From a virus, in IMG/VR virus record IMGVR_UViG_3300030419_007436, positions 32,001 through 96,000 of that record: a stretch of 64,000 nt of DNA; one strand, given 5' to 3'. Made by a program: the position numbers and the translations under genes. Of the stretch, positions 9,684-20,418 are shown piece by piece (positions within the stretch are counted from its first letter, which is position 1; each line of letters opens with the position of its first letter). The notes under the pieces were generated by a model that worked only from the letters and a program-made list of their open reading frames with translations, did not search any database and was not told where the DNA came from.

Positions 9684-10424
9684 TTAAAACCTATGTGTCG
9701 GATAATCCTTGTATTTTGTTAATTTATCAATATGTGGGTATCGATCTTCTATATATTCACAATCTTCATAGAGCGCTCGGACCAGTTCATGATCAATGCC
9801 CTCAAAAAAAGTATATAATATTGGAATGTTCATTTTCCTCGTGTGATAATAAGATTCCAAGTGTGCATTAAAGATTTTGTATTCTTCCCAATAATCATAT
9901 AAAGTTGAAAACTTATCCATGTTTTCAGAACTAGAAAAAAACCAATAATCTAAAAGCATGTTACTAGTTTTTGTTTTAATCGGATCGTGGTCATCGCATG
10001 GGGCGTAAAAGAAACTATTATCATAATTAGAAAAATTTAATTCCCTAAGAAACGCCAAATCGAACCTTGTTAACAAGACCCAATCATATTTAAAATTATT
10101 TTCTTCTTCATGTTGTTTTTTTAATTCCATGACCTTTTTTGTAGAATACCACCTACTTTTAAGAAACTCTTTTCTTCTGTTCTCCTGATTAAAAGCTAGC
10201 TGCTTTTCAAATATGCTTTTTTTTGGTTCATAATCTCTTATTATTTCACTCTCGTAATTTTCACTCCAAGAATGTATGAACACATCTACGTTATTAACAC
10301 CCATTACATGTTTTTTAAAGTGTTGAAGGGCAATCCTATAATCCACATCGCCCTTCCATTCATAGTCTTTTTTATTTTTATACACGTTTCCCACAACGCC
10401 GCATATACAAAGAGCAATTCTCAT
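9684..10424 (-). CDS. Putative glycosyltransferase-like protein
   Basis: MRIALCICG, DVFIHSW, YDWVLLTRFDL; glycan-island context. Confidence 0.55.
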   Translation of the reverse strand: MRIALCICGVVGNVYKNKKDYEWKGDVDYRIALQHFKKHVMGVNNVDVFIHSWSENYESEIIRDYEPKKSIFEKQLAFNQENRRKEFLKSRWYSTKKVMELKKQHEEENNFKYDWVLLTRFDLAFLRELNFSNYDNSFFYAPCDDHDPIKTKTSNMLLDYWFFSSSENMDKFSTLYDYWEEYKIFNAHLESYYHTRKMNIPILYTFFEGIDHELVRALYEDCEYIEDRYPHIDKLTKYKDYPTHRF

Positions 10425-11431
10425 TGAGTGTTCTCCGTCTTTTTAACGTAATCTACAACCCTTTTAATTCCTTCGTCTAAATCAACCTCTGGTTTCCAAT
10501 TTAATACTGTGTGTGATTTTTCATTAGATCCTAAGCTATATTTGTTTACTTCACTTTCTACTCTTTCTTTGCTTAGAGTGTATTCTCCAGAAAATAACTG
10601 TGGGTATTTGTCCCAGAAACTATCAGCTTTTTCAAACCTGGGTTCAATAAAAAAATCAAAATGATTACAAAAAATATTATAAATTTCTTTTACAGAATAG
10701 GCTTTTCCAGAAGCGACATTAAAAACCTCTCCTGATATATCATTTCTCTTCAAACAGATTTCAACGAGCCTTATGAGATCATCTACATACACATAGTCTC
10801 TTTTTTGTTCTCCATCGGAATAAAAAGTTGGTTGAGTTTTATTTAATAGACACTTTGTTATATATCCCAAAAGAGGAGGGTGTTTTCTCCTAAAATCTTG
10901 GTGGGGACCATAAACATTAAAGAAGCGGAGCAAAACAACATCCATCCCATAAGCTGAAACATATGATTTACATAGAATTTCGCACTGGCGCTTACTTATA
11001 GCGTATATCAGATCAGGTTCTTTTTCTAAATCATTTTCAACAAATGGGGCGTTTTTACAATTTTCATATAGCGCACTTGTGCTGGCAAATATAAACTTTT
11101 TAACTCCCATTCTTCTAGAGGCATCTAACATATTAGCAGTTCCGCATAAATTATTATCTAGAGCATTAACTGGGTTGGACTGGCAATCTGGGAGTGGCGC
11201 AATGCCAGCCATGTGAATTACTGCATCTACTCCTTCTAAATGTTTATAGATATCTTTATCTCTCACATCTTTTTTTATAAAAGTTCCAATATTTTTTCCA
11301 TCAACAGATAAATTATCTGCATGTCCATAGCTCATATTGTCTAAAAGAATAATTTCATTTCCAGATTTTTCTAAATTGTATCCTATTTGAGACCCTATAA
11401 ATCCGGCACCACCCGTAATAAGAATTTTCAT
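10421..11431 (-). CDS. NAD-dependent epimerase/dehydratase
   Basis: TGGAGFIG, YAISK, RFFNVYGP, RDYVYVDD. Confidence 0.9.
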   Translation of the reverse strand: MKILITGGAGFIGSQIGYNLEKSGNEIILLDNMSYGHADNLSVDGKNIGTFIKKDVRDKDIYKHLEGVDAVIHMAGIAPLPDCQSNPVNALDNNLCGTANMLDASRRMGVKKFIFASTSALYENCKNAPFVENDLEKEPDLIYAISKRQCEILCKSYVSAYGMDVVLLRFFNVYGPHQDFRRKHPPLLGYITKCLLNKTQPTFYSDGEQKRDYVYVDDLIRLVEICLKRNDISGEVFNVASGKAYSVKEIYNIFCNHFDFFIEPRFEKADSFWDKYPQLFSGEYTLSKERVESEVNKYSLGSNEKSHTVLNWKPEVDLDEGIKRVVDYVKKTENTQ

Positions 11432-12483
11432 AATATATAATTCTCCAAATAATCATTTCGTTTGCAAGATATTGAATGGCACGAGGGATATGGGTTTGTG
11501 TTTGAAAAATCATTCACTATAATCCGTTGTCCGTGATTGCAACCAGATATTATTTGCTTATATTTTATCCCTCTAAGCTTCATGTAGTCCTTGAATTGCT
11601 TAAGATACTTTTCTGTTCTAGACGTCATAAAAATTAATTCATAACCACTATCGGACAGCTTTTTTAGTGTCATAATGTTTTTTTCTATTGGCTCAAAAGT
11701 ATTTGACCAGTTTTTCTTGCCATATTTTCCATAGTTTTTTAAAAGAACACCATCAATATCAAAAATATAAGTTTTATGCTTCCTTACTTCTTTAAACCAA
11801 TCATCTTTTGTTCCCCAGTCAACGAACTTATCACCCTCTATGTATTCAAAAACCATCTTGTCTTCTAGGATTAAATACGAAATCACATGACTGACATATA
11901 TTTCTGAACTACTAATATTAACATGACTATTATGAATTTTATCATAAGCGCTAACAAAGTTCTCGGCTATAGTAGAATAAACGCCAAGGCAAATAATATT
12001 AGAAACAATTTCTTTCTCTACAATATCTAATACTATATCATCATCGTTTTTAACAATAAAGCTCTTTGATTGTATGTTATCAACCTTAGAATCGTGGTCG
12101 ACCGTTAAACCTACTATAAAATTTTTATTTTTTGAAAAAGAACATTCTACAAGACAGTCAGAATCCTTAATTACAACCTGATCTGTTACTTCACATTCTT
12201 TAATTGTTTTGTAAACTGTTTCTGAAGCAGAAGAAGTAGGATTTTCTAATACCAATATTTCAATATTTTCTCCGAAAGCTTGTCTCAGGATAATATCAAC
12301 GTTATGTGTATCACAATGATCTCTTATTACGGTTATGATCACTCTATCAAATTTTTTATAATTAATAGAATTCATTACCTTTTGTATCATAAGATCTCCG
12401 TCTGGATGGGTTAGCGTCCACTTTGGCCTCATGTTTGGGTATCTTGAAGATTTTCCCGCTGCCGGTATTATTAGAGTTTTCAC
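11428..12483 (-). CDS. Sugar-nucleotidyltransferase-like domain fused to a C-terminal HAD-like domain
   Basis: IIPAAGKSSRYP..PK; later FDIDGVL and FMTSR. Confidence 0.75.
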   Translation of the reverse strand: MKTLIIPAAGKSSRYPNMRPKWTLTHPDGDLMIQKVMNSINYKKFDRVIITVIRDHCDTHNVDIILRQAFGENIEILVLENPTSSASETVYKTIKECEVTDQVVIKDSDCLVECSFSKNKNFIVGLTVDHDSKVDNIQSKSFIVKNDDDIVLDIVEKEIVSNIICLGVYSTIAENFVSAYDKIHNSHVNISSSEIYVSHVISYLILEDKMVFEYIEGDKFVDWGTKDDWFKEVRKHKTYIFDIDGVLLKNYGKYGKKNWSNTFEPIEKNIMTLKKLSDSGYELIFMTSRTEKYLKQFKDYMKLRGIKYKQIISGCNHGQRIIVNDFSNTNPYPSCHSISCKRNDYLENYIL

Positions 12484-13292
12484 GATATATAAAATTTCCC
12501 TGATAAGTGATTTAAACTATTTTCTAAGAAGAATTTGGTGTCCTTGTTTTTTGCATAAGGAAAAATTCTTAATAGATTTAATATCAACATCCTCTTTATA
12601 AGCTCAAATTTTTCTTTACCAACAAAGCTTTTTAATTGTTCATAAAGAAAAATGTTTTTAATAAAAGGCTTCTTTCTTTGATTGCGCCAAGACCACATAA
12701 TTAACATATCTTGCAACAACTTAGAATAATCAATTATGTTGGTATTAACAAATGAATCTAAAAAGTCAATTAAATAAATTTTTCCCTTGTAAATTAACAC
12801 ATTTTCAAAAGTTAAGTCTCCATGACAAAAACCAGACTCAACCATGCTCCAATCATATTTTAAACAATAATTAATGTATTTTTCATCAATACCTTGCACA
12901 AGACTAGAAATATTTAATATTTTCTTTTCCATTTCATCGACGATGTTTACATGCTTTCTTTCTCCATTATTTTGTATAAATAAAAATATTTCTAATATGA
13001 TGAAATCAATATCTTTTTTACTGTTGAAAGACATGTACTTGTTTAATGATATACCATTTATATATTCCATATCAAAATAAAACAAGCCGTTATTTATTCC
13101 GCAATCATATATTTTTGGAGTTTTAATTGTGTTGCTCGAAGGACAAAAACCCTTCTGTTTGAGCATTTGTTTTTCTAGTCTGTCATTATATTTTGTTGAG
13201 CCGGATGTTTTTCTTACATATTTTCCCCTGGAGTTTTCACGTAATTCTATATTACATCCAGAGTGGCCATTTAATTTTCTTATTATAGACAT
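12480..13292 (-). CDS. APH/choline-kinase-like phosphotransferase
   Basis: GHSGC, CHGDLTFENVL, YLIDFLD. Confidence 0.8.
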   Translation of the reverse strand: MSIIRKLNGHSGCNIELRENSRGKYVRKTSGSTKYNDRLEKQMLKQKGFCPSSNTIKTPKIYDCGINNGLFYFDMEYINGISLNKYMSFNSKKDIDFIILEIFLFIQNNGERKHVNIVDEMEKKILNISSLVQGIDEKYINYCLKYDWSMVESGFCHGDLTFENVLIYKGKIYLIDFLDSFVNTNIIDYSKLLQDMLIMWSWRNQRKKPFIKNIFLYEQLKSFVGKEKFELIKRMLILNLLRIFPYAKNKDTKFFLENSLNHLSGKFYIS

Positions 13293-13294
13293 AT

Positions 13295-14164
13295 TTATTT
13301 ATCATAATATCGTCTAAATGAAAATTCTATACTATCAATAAAGTTATTCTTTGCAATTTGGAAATTATTTTTAATTGCATTCATTCTTTTCTTGTAATCA
13401 GACATGGTTAAATTATCCACAATATTTAATAAGTCTTCACGACCTTTAAAAAATATAATTCCATCCGGATCAAAATATTCTGATATTTTTTTAGCTCCCA
13501 TATATATTGGTACAACCCCTGTTAAAAAACAATCTATTATTTTTTCTGAAAAATAGTGATCAGACACATGATTTTCAATTGTGATTGAAAAAGCATAATC
13601 CCTCATAGCCTCTATTTTTCCAACAACATCTGGTAAAGGGTTGTGGCCAGTACCAAAAAGGTCAGGAACAAACTTTGGTCGGCCGGAGACTATCCGACGA
13701 CTATAAAAATGATTTAATAGGTTCACGCGATTCTTTTGCAAAGGAGTCCAGTTTTTAGTTGAACACACATAAGAACACAGCTTTGTTTTCTCAAATATTT
13801 GCCAATTTTCTTTTGGCCATATAAAAGTACCTCCGGCCGGAGTAATCCATGCCTTTGGGCCCAAAGAGTTTATGGAAATATCATCATATGTTACAACATA
13901 ATCAAAATTATGGTGATTTTTATCTATCCAATCATAAAACCATGGAACTATGCAGCGACAATCAGTTATTAATGCGACTTTGACATCTGACTCGGTTTTA
14001 TCAAACTCTTCCATTGCATCATTGATAAAATAAGTTAATTCATTATTATCTGGTTTATTATAAACAACATCAAATCTTTCAGATCCCGGGCCGCGCGTTA
14101 AAGATTCTTTAGAATACCAACCGTCCGCGCCTACAATATTTATTGTTTTTTTATTTTCTTTCAA
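13295..14164 (-). CDS. GT10 fucosyltransferase-like protein
   Basis: YAFSITIEN...YFSEKIIDCFLTGVVPIYMGA. Confidence 0.8.
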   Translation of the reverse strand: MKENKKTINIVGADGWYSKESLTRGPGSERFDVVYNKPDNNELTYFINDAMEEFDKTESDVKVALITDCRCIVPWFYDWIDKNHHNFDYVVTYDDISINSLGPKAWITPAGGTFIWPKENWQIFEKTKLCSYVCSTKNWTPLQKNRVNLLNHFYSRRIVSGRPKFVPDLFGTGHNPLPDVVGKIEAMRDYAFSITIENHVSDHYFSEKIIDCFLTGVVPIYMGAKKISEYFDPDGIIFFKGREDLLNIVDNLTMSDYKKRMNAIKNNFQIAKNNFIDSIEFSFRRYYDK

Positions 14165-15767
14165 TTAATAATCCTAGCTCATAAAAATATAAATAATCAA
14201 TTTGAGTTCCCAAAAAGCAGTTAATTGCATCCTTGGGAGTTTCAACGATTGGCTCTCTATCGTTGAAACTTGTATTAAGCAATATTGGCACACCTGTTTT
14301 TTTAAAAAATGTGTCTATCAAACCATAATACCATTCATTATCATTTTTTGTAACAGTCTGTAGTCTTGCAGTGTTGTTGAAGTGTACCACCGCCGGGACT
14401 TTTTCTTTTGCCTCATCTAAAAACTTTATTGCAAAAGACATATATGGGCTGTCTATATCCCTTACAAACCAATTTTTTACCTCTTCTCTGAGGATAGACG
14501 GAGCGAATGGCCTAAACCACTGTCTATGCTTTACTCTCTCATTAACAATATCTTTTGTTTCTGCGTGTCTTGGATCTGCTAAGATACTTCTGTTTCCGAG
14601 GGCGCGGCGTCCGGATTCGGAGCCCCCACCGTAAACTGATACTATTTTTTTATCAATCAACAAATCTACCACATTTTCATCACTAGCTTCTGATATTTTA
14701 ATTTCTCCCGCTGTGACTCTTGAAAATATTTCAGCTTTAATTAATGATTCTTGGTGTCTCTCTCCTAAGTATGAAGAAGAATTATCTTCCCACGTTATTC
14801 TTGGGTTGTCTAAAATATGGTGCCACAAATATCTTGGAGCACCGAGGGCTAGTCCAGCGTCATATGGTATTGGATCCGCATAAATATTATCAATTTCGTT
14901 TTCAAACCAATCATATATTTTTCCAGCAACTACACAGTTCAAAGAAACACCGCCAGAAATACACAAATTTCTTTTTTTAGATTTTCCAACATATTCAGAA
15001 AGAAGATCTTTTATTCTCGCCTCTGTTGCTCTTTGAAGCGCAGCTGCAACATCAAATTTATTATTTTCATTTATGGACGCAAGTTCTTTATATTTTTGAT
15101 AATCAAAATTTTGATTATTATTATAGGATGAAAGATGTTCGTAGAACTGTTTAAAATATTTTTTATGATTCCCTAGGGCGCCCATGGCCATGACTGTTCC
15201 AGCCTGATGTCCTTTTGGATATCCCGCGGACAAGCCAAAAATATCTTTAGTACATCTAGACCAAAATCCTCCAATGTTTGTTGCTTTTTTCTCGCCGTCA
15301 TCAGAAAGGACATCAACTCGATTAATCTTATTACCACTGCCCTCCCAAACTGTAAAGTGTGCTGATACAACATTGTTGCCTTCTTTTTCTTCTCCGCCGC
15401 CATCAATTGTTATAATGAGGGCATCTTCAAAGTTACTAGAAAAGAAAGCGTTTGCGGCGTGCGCCTGGTGATGTCCAACAATAACAATTTTTCCATCATT
15501 CTTTTTGACAATATCTTCCATTTTTTTCCAAGTATTAGGAAATCTTGTGTGTGGGCCACCATGCCAAAGATCAATACCAGTTGTAAAATACTTTATATTC
15601 TTAAAATCATCATATTCCTTAAAAAGAAATTCTAAAGAATCCCCAATTGGTTCTTTAAGTCTTATATATCTTTCAAGCTCTGCGTGAATTTGTGGTATAC
15701 CATTTTCAAGGACGCCAAAAGAACAGTCATGTCCTGAATGAAATCCGGCAATTAATGTTTTATCCAT
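14151..15767 (-). CDS. Carbamoyltransferase (NodU/CmcH family)
   Basis: HHQAHAA, IDGGGE, SGGVSLNC, DAGLALGA, RALGNRSILADPR, FRPFAPS, LLNTSFN. Confidence 0.92.
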   Translation of the reverse strand: MDKTLIAGFHSGHDCSFGVLENGIPQIHAELERYIRLKEPIGDSLEFLFKEYDDFKNIKYFTTGIDLWHGGPHTRFPNTWKKMEDIVKKNDGKIVIVGHHQAHAANAFFSSNFEDALIITIDGGGEEKEGNNVVSAHFTVWEGSGNKINRVDVLSDDGEKKATNIGGFWSRCTKDIFGLSAGYPKGHQAGTVMAMGALGNHKKYFKQFYEHLSSYNNNQNFDYQKYKELASINENNKFDVAAALQRATEARIKDLLSEYVGKSKKRNLCISGGVSLNCVVAGKIYDWFENEIDNIYADPIPYDAGLALGAPRYLWHHILDNPRITWEDNSSSYLGERHQESLIKAEIFSRVTAGEIKISEASDENVVDLLIDKKIVSVYGGGSESGRRALGNRSILADPRHAETKDIVNERVKHRQWFRPFAPSILREEVKNWFVRDIDSPYMSFAIKFLDEAKEKVPAVVHFNNTARLQTVTKNDNEWYYGLIDTFFKKTGVPILLNTSFNDREPIVETPKDAINCFLGTQIDYLYFYELGLLIERK

Positions 15768-16493
15768 TTAAATATATCCCCACTCTTTTAATTCATTAGC
15801 CAATATATCAGTAATTAAAGCATGATATTGTTCTGGCACTAGACTTTTCCAAGTACCATTTTTGCCTGTGTATAAATGATGCCCATGAATGTGTCTTTTA
15901 TGTAGTTTTTCTATGAGGCCTTTCTTTTGCAAATCTTCATATCCTGCCTCTTCTTCGTTCCACCCATCATGAAAATCTTTGTAGTTTTTCGATTCCTTTT
16001 TTTGAGAGGAGAAACAAAATTCTTTTTGTATATATTTTTTCTCTTCGTCCGTAATTTTTATCTCTAAAAAATTTTCAAGCTTTTCTAAAAGAAAATCAAA
16101 ATTAACATCGCCTTTTTCGCTATCAAAGAAATCTTCATATTTAAGAAAAAGTACTTCTCTATCTTTATTTTTAACATCATTTTTAAAGAAGTTTAAGTGT
16201 TGTACGGTTGTTTTTTGTGATTGTGCGTGGTTAACCATTTCATGTACGGTCATTTTTTTAGCGCCAGATGATTCGTCAAACCCTTCTTTTCTAAGACCGA
16301 GTGTGAACGTTCTCCAATGAGAAGTACAACAATCTCTAAAATCTCTATAAGTTGCAATTACTTTTTCATCTGAAGAAAAATAATTATGTTTCTGTGGTGA
16401 CGCTTGTCCTCCCCACAAATAATCAATAATATTATAAATTAAAGTTCCGCCGCTCCTGGGAACGCCAAACATTTTTGGTACATTACTACGCAT
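15768..16493 (-). CDS. Sulfotransferase-like protein
   Basis: GVPRSGGTL (5'-PSB-like loop), YRDFRD, LKYEDF, GKNGTWK. Confidence 0.7.
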   Translation of the reverse strand: MRSNVPKMFGVPRSGGTLIYNIIDYLWGGQASPQKHNYFSSDEKVIATYRDFRDCCTSHWRTFTLGLRKEGFDESSGAKKMTVHEMVNHAQSQKTTVQHLNFFKNDVKNKDREVLFLKYEDFFDSEKGDVNFDFLLEKLENFLEIKITDEEKKYIQKEFCFSSQKKESKNYKDFHDGWNEEEAGYEDLQKKGLIEKLHKRHIHGHHLYTGKNGTWKSLVPEQYHALITDILANELKEWGYI

Positions 16494-17247
16494 CTTCTCT
16501 CCCTTCGAGATATCCTCTTTGTTTAATATATGTTGAACATTTAACAGCTAATCTTGCCCTGTCGTCCGCTTCTGCAGTGCCAGAGCGTGGTTTTGAAGGA
16601 TTTCCATAAAATGTATGCATATACAACGGTTCGTCTATAAAACCAACCGATGAATAGCCACCATCCCTTTTCCAGAGTCTGTATAATATAGGCAATGTCA
16701 TTGCGTGATCAGTTGCGATTTTAAACCACTCACCATTCCAATCTAAAAAATTATTCACAGAAATTTCTTTGAGCGCTTTGGCCTTAAAGGTAGACATGTG
16801 ACTTGTTATCCAGGCGCCAGTATATGGATTCCAATTATCATTGGGAATGGGACTGCTGCAGCCAAGTTGCCCATGTGTTAACAAATATCTACTATAAACA
16901 TATTCTAGTTTGTTATTCTCTTCGTATGTTTTCTTTATGGTTTCTAGAGCGGTGTTTCTTCCTAACCAATCATCGCTATCAACAATACAAACAATATCTT
17001 CAGGATCTCTGTCTATGGCGCTGTCGTATATGTTTTTAAGCCTGTATTTTCTTTCTTCGTTTATTTTTATATCAATGCCCTCAACACCTTTATATTTTTC
17101 TAGGTATGAAGCGGTATCATCATCGCTGATGTCATCTATAACGATATGAGATTTGGGTCTAACTGTTTGACTACGTACACTATCAATACAATTAACAACA
17201 AATTTATTCGCATTTCTGCCAGTAGAAATTACATATATATTACTCAT
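16486..17247 (-). CDS. GT2-family glycosyltransferase
   Basis: NCIDSVRSQT, IDDISDD, IVDSDDWL. Confidence 0.82.
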   Translation of the reverse strand: MSNIYVISTGRNANKFVVNCIDSVRSQTVRPKSHIVIDDISDDDTASYLEKYKGVEGIDIKINEERKYRLKNIYDSAIDRDPEDIVCIVDSDDWLGRNTALETIKKTYEENNKLEYVYSRYLLTHGQLGCSSPIPNDNWNPYTGAWITSHMSTFKAKALKEISVNNFLDWNGEWFKIATDHAMTLPILYRLWKRDGGYSSVGFIDEPLYMHTFYGNPSKPRSGTAEADDRARLAVKCSTYIKQRGYLEGREDA

Positions 17248-18043
17248 TTATATATTCCTTAATAATATTCTCCCAGCCAGATATTTTCATTTTTGAAAGA
17301 TCATAAAGTTTGGAGGACATTTCTTCATATTTTTTACTTAGATAATTATAGTTTATGTCTTCCCAATTTTTAACAAATAAAATAGGAAGATCTTTAAATT
17401 CATTCATTGCGATGCTTTCTTTGACTATGGGAATGGTTCTCAAATATAAAGCTTCCCAAGTTCTATGGCAGTCCACGCCATTTCCTCGTGGAGAAAATAC
17501 GAACTTATGAGAGGCTATATCTCTATAATATTCTTTCCAAGATATATTCTTTTTATTAGTAACCCAACTCTCATTTTGAAACAAATCTAAAACGCGCTGT
17601 CTTTCTACGGGGTAAGTTTTGGGATTGATATTTAAGTATACAAAATTTTTGTGTTGTAGTTTCTCTTTGGCTACACCGTTTATGTACACCGCCTTCTCCA
17701 ATGAATTTTGGGGTTGTGATGAATATTTTCCAAGATGACTTGTCATATTAATTCTAAGGTTCATATTTTCTAAACCAATTGGAATTCCAATTAGCCTACT
17801 ATCTTTATAATCCTTGTTTTGAGCAAACCATTTTGTGACATTTTTAGGTATATAAGAGAATCGGTTTTCCTCAATATGATAATCACTATTGTGTGTGACA
17901 AAAACAGACTGTTCTGTGTTGGTATACTCTGTTAAAAAATCTGTTTTACAAAAAGTTATATTTAAATTTTCACATATATCTATAAATTTATTGCCTGTAA
18001 TATATTCTTTTATATCAATATTGTGTTCTAAAAAATTCTCCAT
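17240..18043 (-). CDS. Exostosin/GT47-like glycosyltransferase
   Basis: HKFVFSPRGNGVDCHRTWEALY. Confidence 0.75.
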   Translation of the reverse strand: MENFLEHNIDIKEYITGNKFIDICENLNITFCKTDFLTEYTNTEQSVFVTHNSDYHIEENRFSYIPKNVTKWFAQNKDYKDSRLIGIPIGLENMNLRINMTSHLGKYSSQPQNSLEKAVYINGVAKEKLQHKNFVYLNINPKTYPVERQRVLDLFQNESWVTNKKNISWKEYYRDIASHKFVFSPRGNGVDCHRTWEALYLRTIPIVKESIAMNEFKDLPILFVKNWEDINYNYLSKKYEEMSSKLYDLSKMKISGWENIIKEYINE

Positions 18044-18880
18044 TTACACTAGCTCTACAAATTTCTGTTTATATCCTTCAAAATAGGCGCGCTCTAATTC
18101 TGAAAAAACCAGAGACATAATTATTTTAGTGTCCGCCCATATTTCATCTTTATATGGATCTCTATGTAGGTGTACATCAATTACACTGCTGCTTATACAT
18201 TGCATAAATGTCTCTTTCCAAGCACCTCTATCAATTCTTCCGTTTCTCATTCCATATTGGTTTCCGCCGCGCTCAAACATTTGACAATTGTTTGGATAAT
18301 ATTTACTTTCGAAAACTCTTTTAGTTAATATATATTCATCTAAATTCCAACCTTGATCCCAGGTCGATTCCTTAGATAGCATTTTAGAAAGACAATCAGA
18401 CAGGTTTTCTCTCAATGATTTATCACTTATCCCAATCACCTCTTTCCAGATCTTTGCTTTCATTCCTATGTTTCCAATTTTTAAACGTGTATAGTTTGTT
18501 TCATCCGGATCAAATATGTGAATGTCTTTTGAAAAATCTTGCTGATTGAACCATTTGTCTGATATAACAAATTTATCCATATCGTCTGTTATAAGATAAT
18601 CATCATCATTAAATAAAGGATCTGCAGCTGCAAATAACCTTGAGATTTGGGCAACATTACAAGTTCTATATCCCTCAATATGTTTAAAATGATTTATGTG
18701 GGCGCCCACTTTTTCGGCGCTAGTTAAAATCAAATTTAAAATATCGGGAGATATATCGTTGTTATCAACCAAAACAACATAAGGGTGATAGCCCAGCTTT
18801 TTCCAAAAAGCACATGTAATTGGAACAAAAAACAAATAATCTGTATTTGAGTCTACGGATAAGACTGAATATTTTTTCAT
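18044..18880 (-). CDS. Hypothetical glycan-modifying protein
   Basis: Start reassigned to MKKYSVLS (ATGA overlap with upstream stop); AQISRLF, ITDDMD, RIDR. Confidence 0.5.
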   Translation of the reverse strand: MKKYSVLSVDSNTDYLFFVPITCAFWKKLGYHPYVVLVDNNDISPDILNLILTSAEKVGAHINHFKHIEGYRTCNVAQISRLFAAADPLFNDDDYLITDDMDKFVISDKWFNQQDFSKDIHIFDPDETNYTRLKIGNIGMKAKIWKEVIGISDKSLRENLSDCLSKMLSKESTWDQGWNLDEYILTKRVFESKYYPNNCQMFERGGNQYGMRNGRIDRGAWKETFMQCISSSVIDVHLHRDPYKDEIWADTKIIMSLVFSELERAYFEGYKQKFVELV

Positions 18881-20418
18881 TTTAACCTCTCTACGCAAAG
18901 TCTTCTTTTTTTGGAATTTTTACACTCGCCAGTTTTTAAATTAAACTTCCAATTATGAAGTGGACAAACCAAGTTATCATTCTCATCAACAAACCCTGTT
19001 GTTTCTAGGTCTGCGAGCATATGAGGACAATATTTCTGAACCTTATATTTATCACCTTTGTGTTCTAAAATAAAATTTTCTTCTGTTGATACTCTTTGGT
19101 TATAAAGACTTTCAGATATTCTTAATCTTGTGTTGTCCATATTTCTTAGTAGAGCAAACAAAATATCATCATATTCATCTGGTCTTCTATATGCTTTAAA
19201 CTTCAAGCTTAAAAAATAATAGTCAAAATCAATAAATTTATTTCCCAATATATGTGCCAATAGGGCACCATCAAAAGAGAAGTGATATCGACAATCTTCA
19301 TTTTCATATTTTTTAAAACACCTTTCCTCATCTTCAGAAAAATTTACAACCCATTTATTTCCATCTATTTCAAATAAAATAGGATAATTTAATTTATTTT
19401 TATATATTTTAGAATTTTTTACAACTTGAATCGTTCTATATCTTAGTAAATCTTCAGCACCGTAGCCAGATTTGATTTCTACGGTTGCAACTCCCTTTTT
19501 CAACTCAAGTCTTTTTTCTTTAACATATTTGTTTATATATTCATCAACATTTTGATATATTTTGTGGCTTTCTTCCGTGTCACATAAAAATTCAATCTGT
19601 TTCTTATCTAATTTAATTATATCATTTGGTATAACCAAATGAGCGTTATGGCCACTATCTTTTATATATTGTACACCTTCATCCATTAAAGGAAAAGGAT
19701 TATGTTTCTTTGCCCTTTCATGATTCCATCTAGATTCTTCTACCCCTGAAAATATTGGGGGCCCTGCGCACGGTATAATATTTTTTGCTTTTGTCCACTT
19801 GGCATAGTTTACCGACCTTTTTAGTACGCCTTCTCTTTTTTTCTCGCATACAGAATTCATCTTTTCTTCTTCATAATTATAAACACATGGCCACCATAGC
19901 GCACTGGAACACTGAAGCATAAGTACATCAATTTGTTTCATTTCTTTAAACTTTTCTGGTTTTAGATGGCAGTCATTTAAGTTCAATATCGTGCTGTGTT
20001 CGTCTTCAACGTATATACAAGAATCCTTGTCTAAATAATCTTCTTCTTTGAATATTTTAATTTTTAAGTTTTTCTTAAAATATGTGTCATCTTCCTCCAT
20101 TTCAAGAATATTTGTAAATCCCATACTTTTTAGTTCGTATTTTAAAGAAAAGTCTTTAAATTTGGGAATACAGACTTGCACATCTTTGTTTATCTTTTGT
20201 AGTGTCCATGGGTCATAATGATCTGCGTGAGAGTGAGAAATATATAGAACGTCTACATCTTTAGTTATTTCTTTAATATCTACATTATCTATCCTGGGAA
20301 ACTGAAGCCAACTAGAAAAAAATGTACCGTCTGGGTTTAACCAGGGATCACATAAAATTTTTATACCATTGTTTTTAATAGACCACCCAGCGTGTCCTAA
20401 GTATTGTATTTCAAACAT
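18877..20418 (-). CDS. MBL-fold protein with C-terminal Rieske 2Fe-2S domain (Rv3818/CMAH-like)
   Basis: YLGHAG, LCDPW, ISHSHADH, IPCAGPP; C-terminal CPH...VCPLHNW. Confidence 0.85.
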   Translation of the reverse strand: MFEIQYLGHAGWSIKNNGIKILCDPWLNPDGTFFSSWLQFPRIDNVDIKEITKDVDVLYISHSHADHYDPWTLQKINKDVQVCIPKFKDFSLKYELKSMGFTNILEMEEDDTYFKKNLKIKIFKEEDYLDKDSCIYVEDEHSTILNLNDCHLKPEKFKEMKQIDVLMLQCSSALWWPCVYNYEEEKMNSVCEKKREGVLKRSVNYAKWTKAKNIIPCAGPPIFSGVEESRWNHERAKKHNPFPLMDEGVQYIKDSGHNAHLVIPNDIIKLDKKQIEFLCDTEESHKIYQNVDEYINKYVKEKRLELKKGVATVEIKSGYGAEDLLRYRTIQVVKNSKIYKNKLNYPILFEIDGNKWVVNFSEDEERCFKKYENEDCRYHFSFDGALLAHILGNKFIDFDYYFLSLKFKAYRRPDEYDDILFALLRNMDNTRLRISESLYNQRVSTEENFILEHKGDKYKVQKYCPHMLADLETTGFVDENDNLVCPLHNWKFNLKTGECKNSKKRRLCVERLK

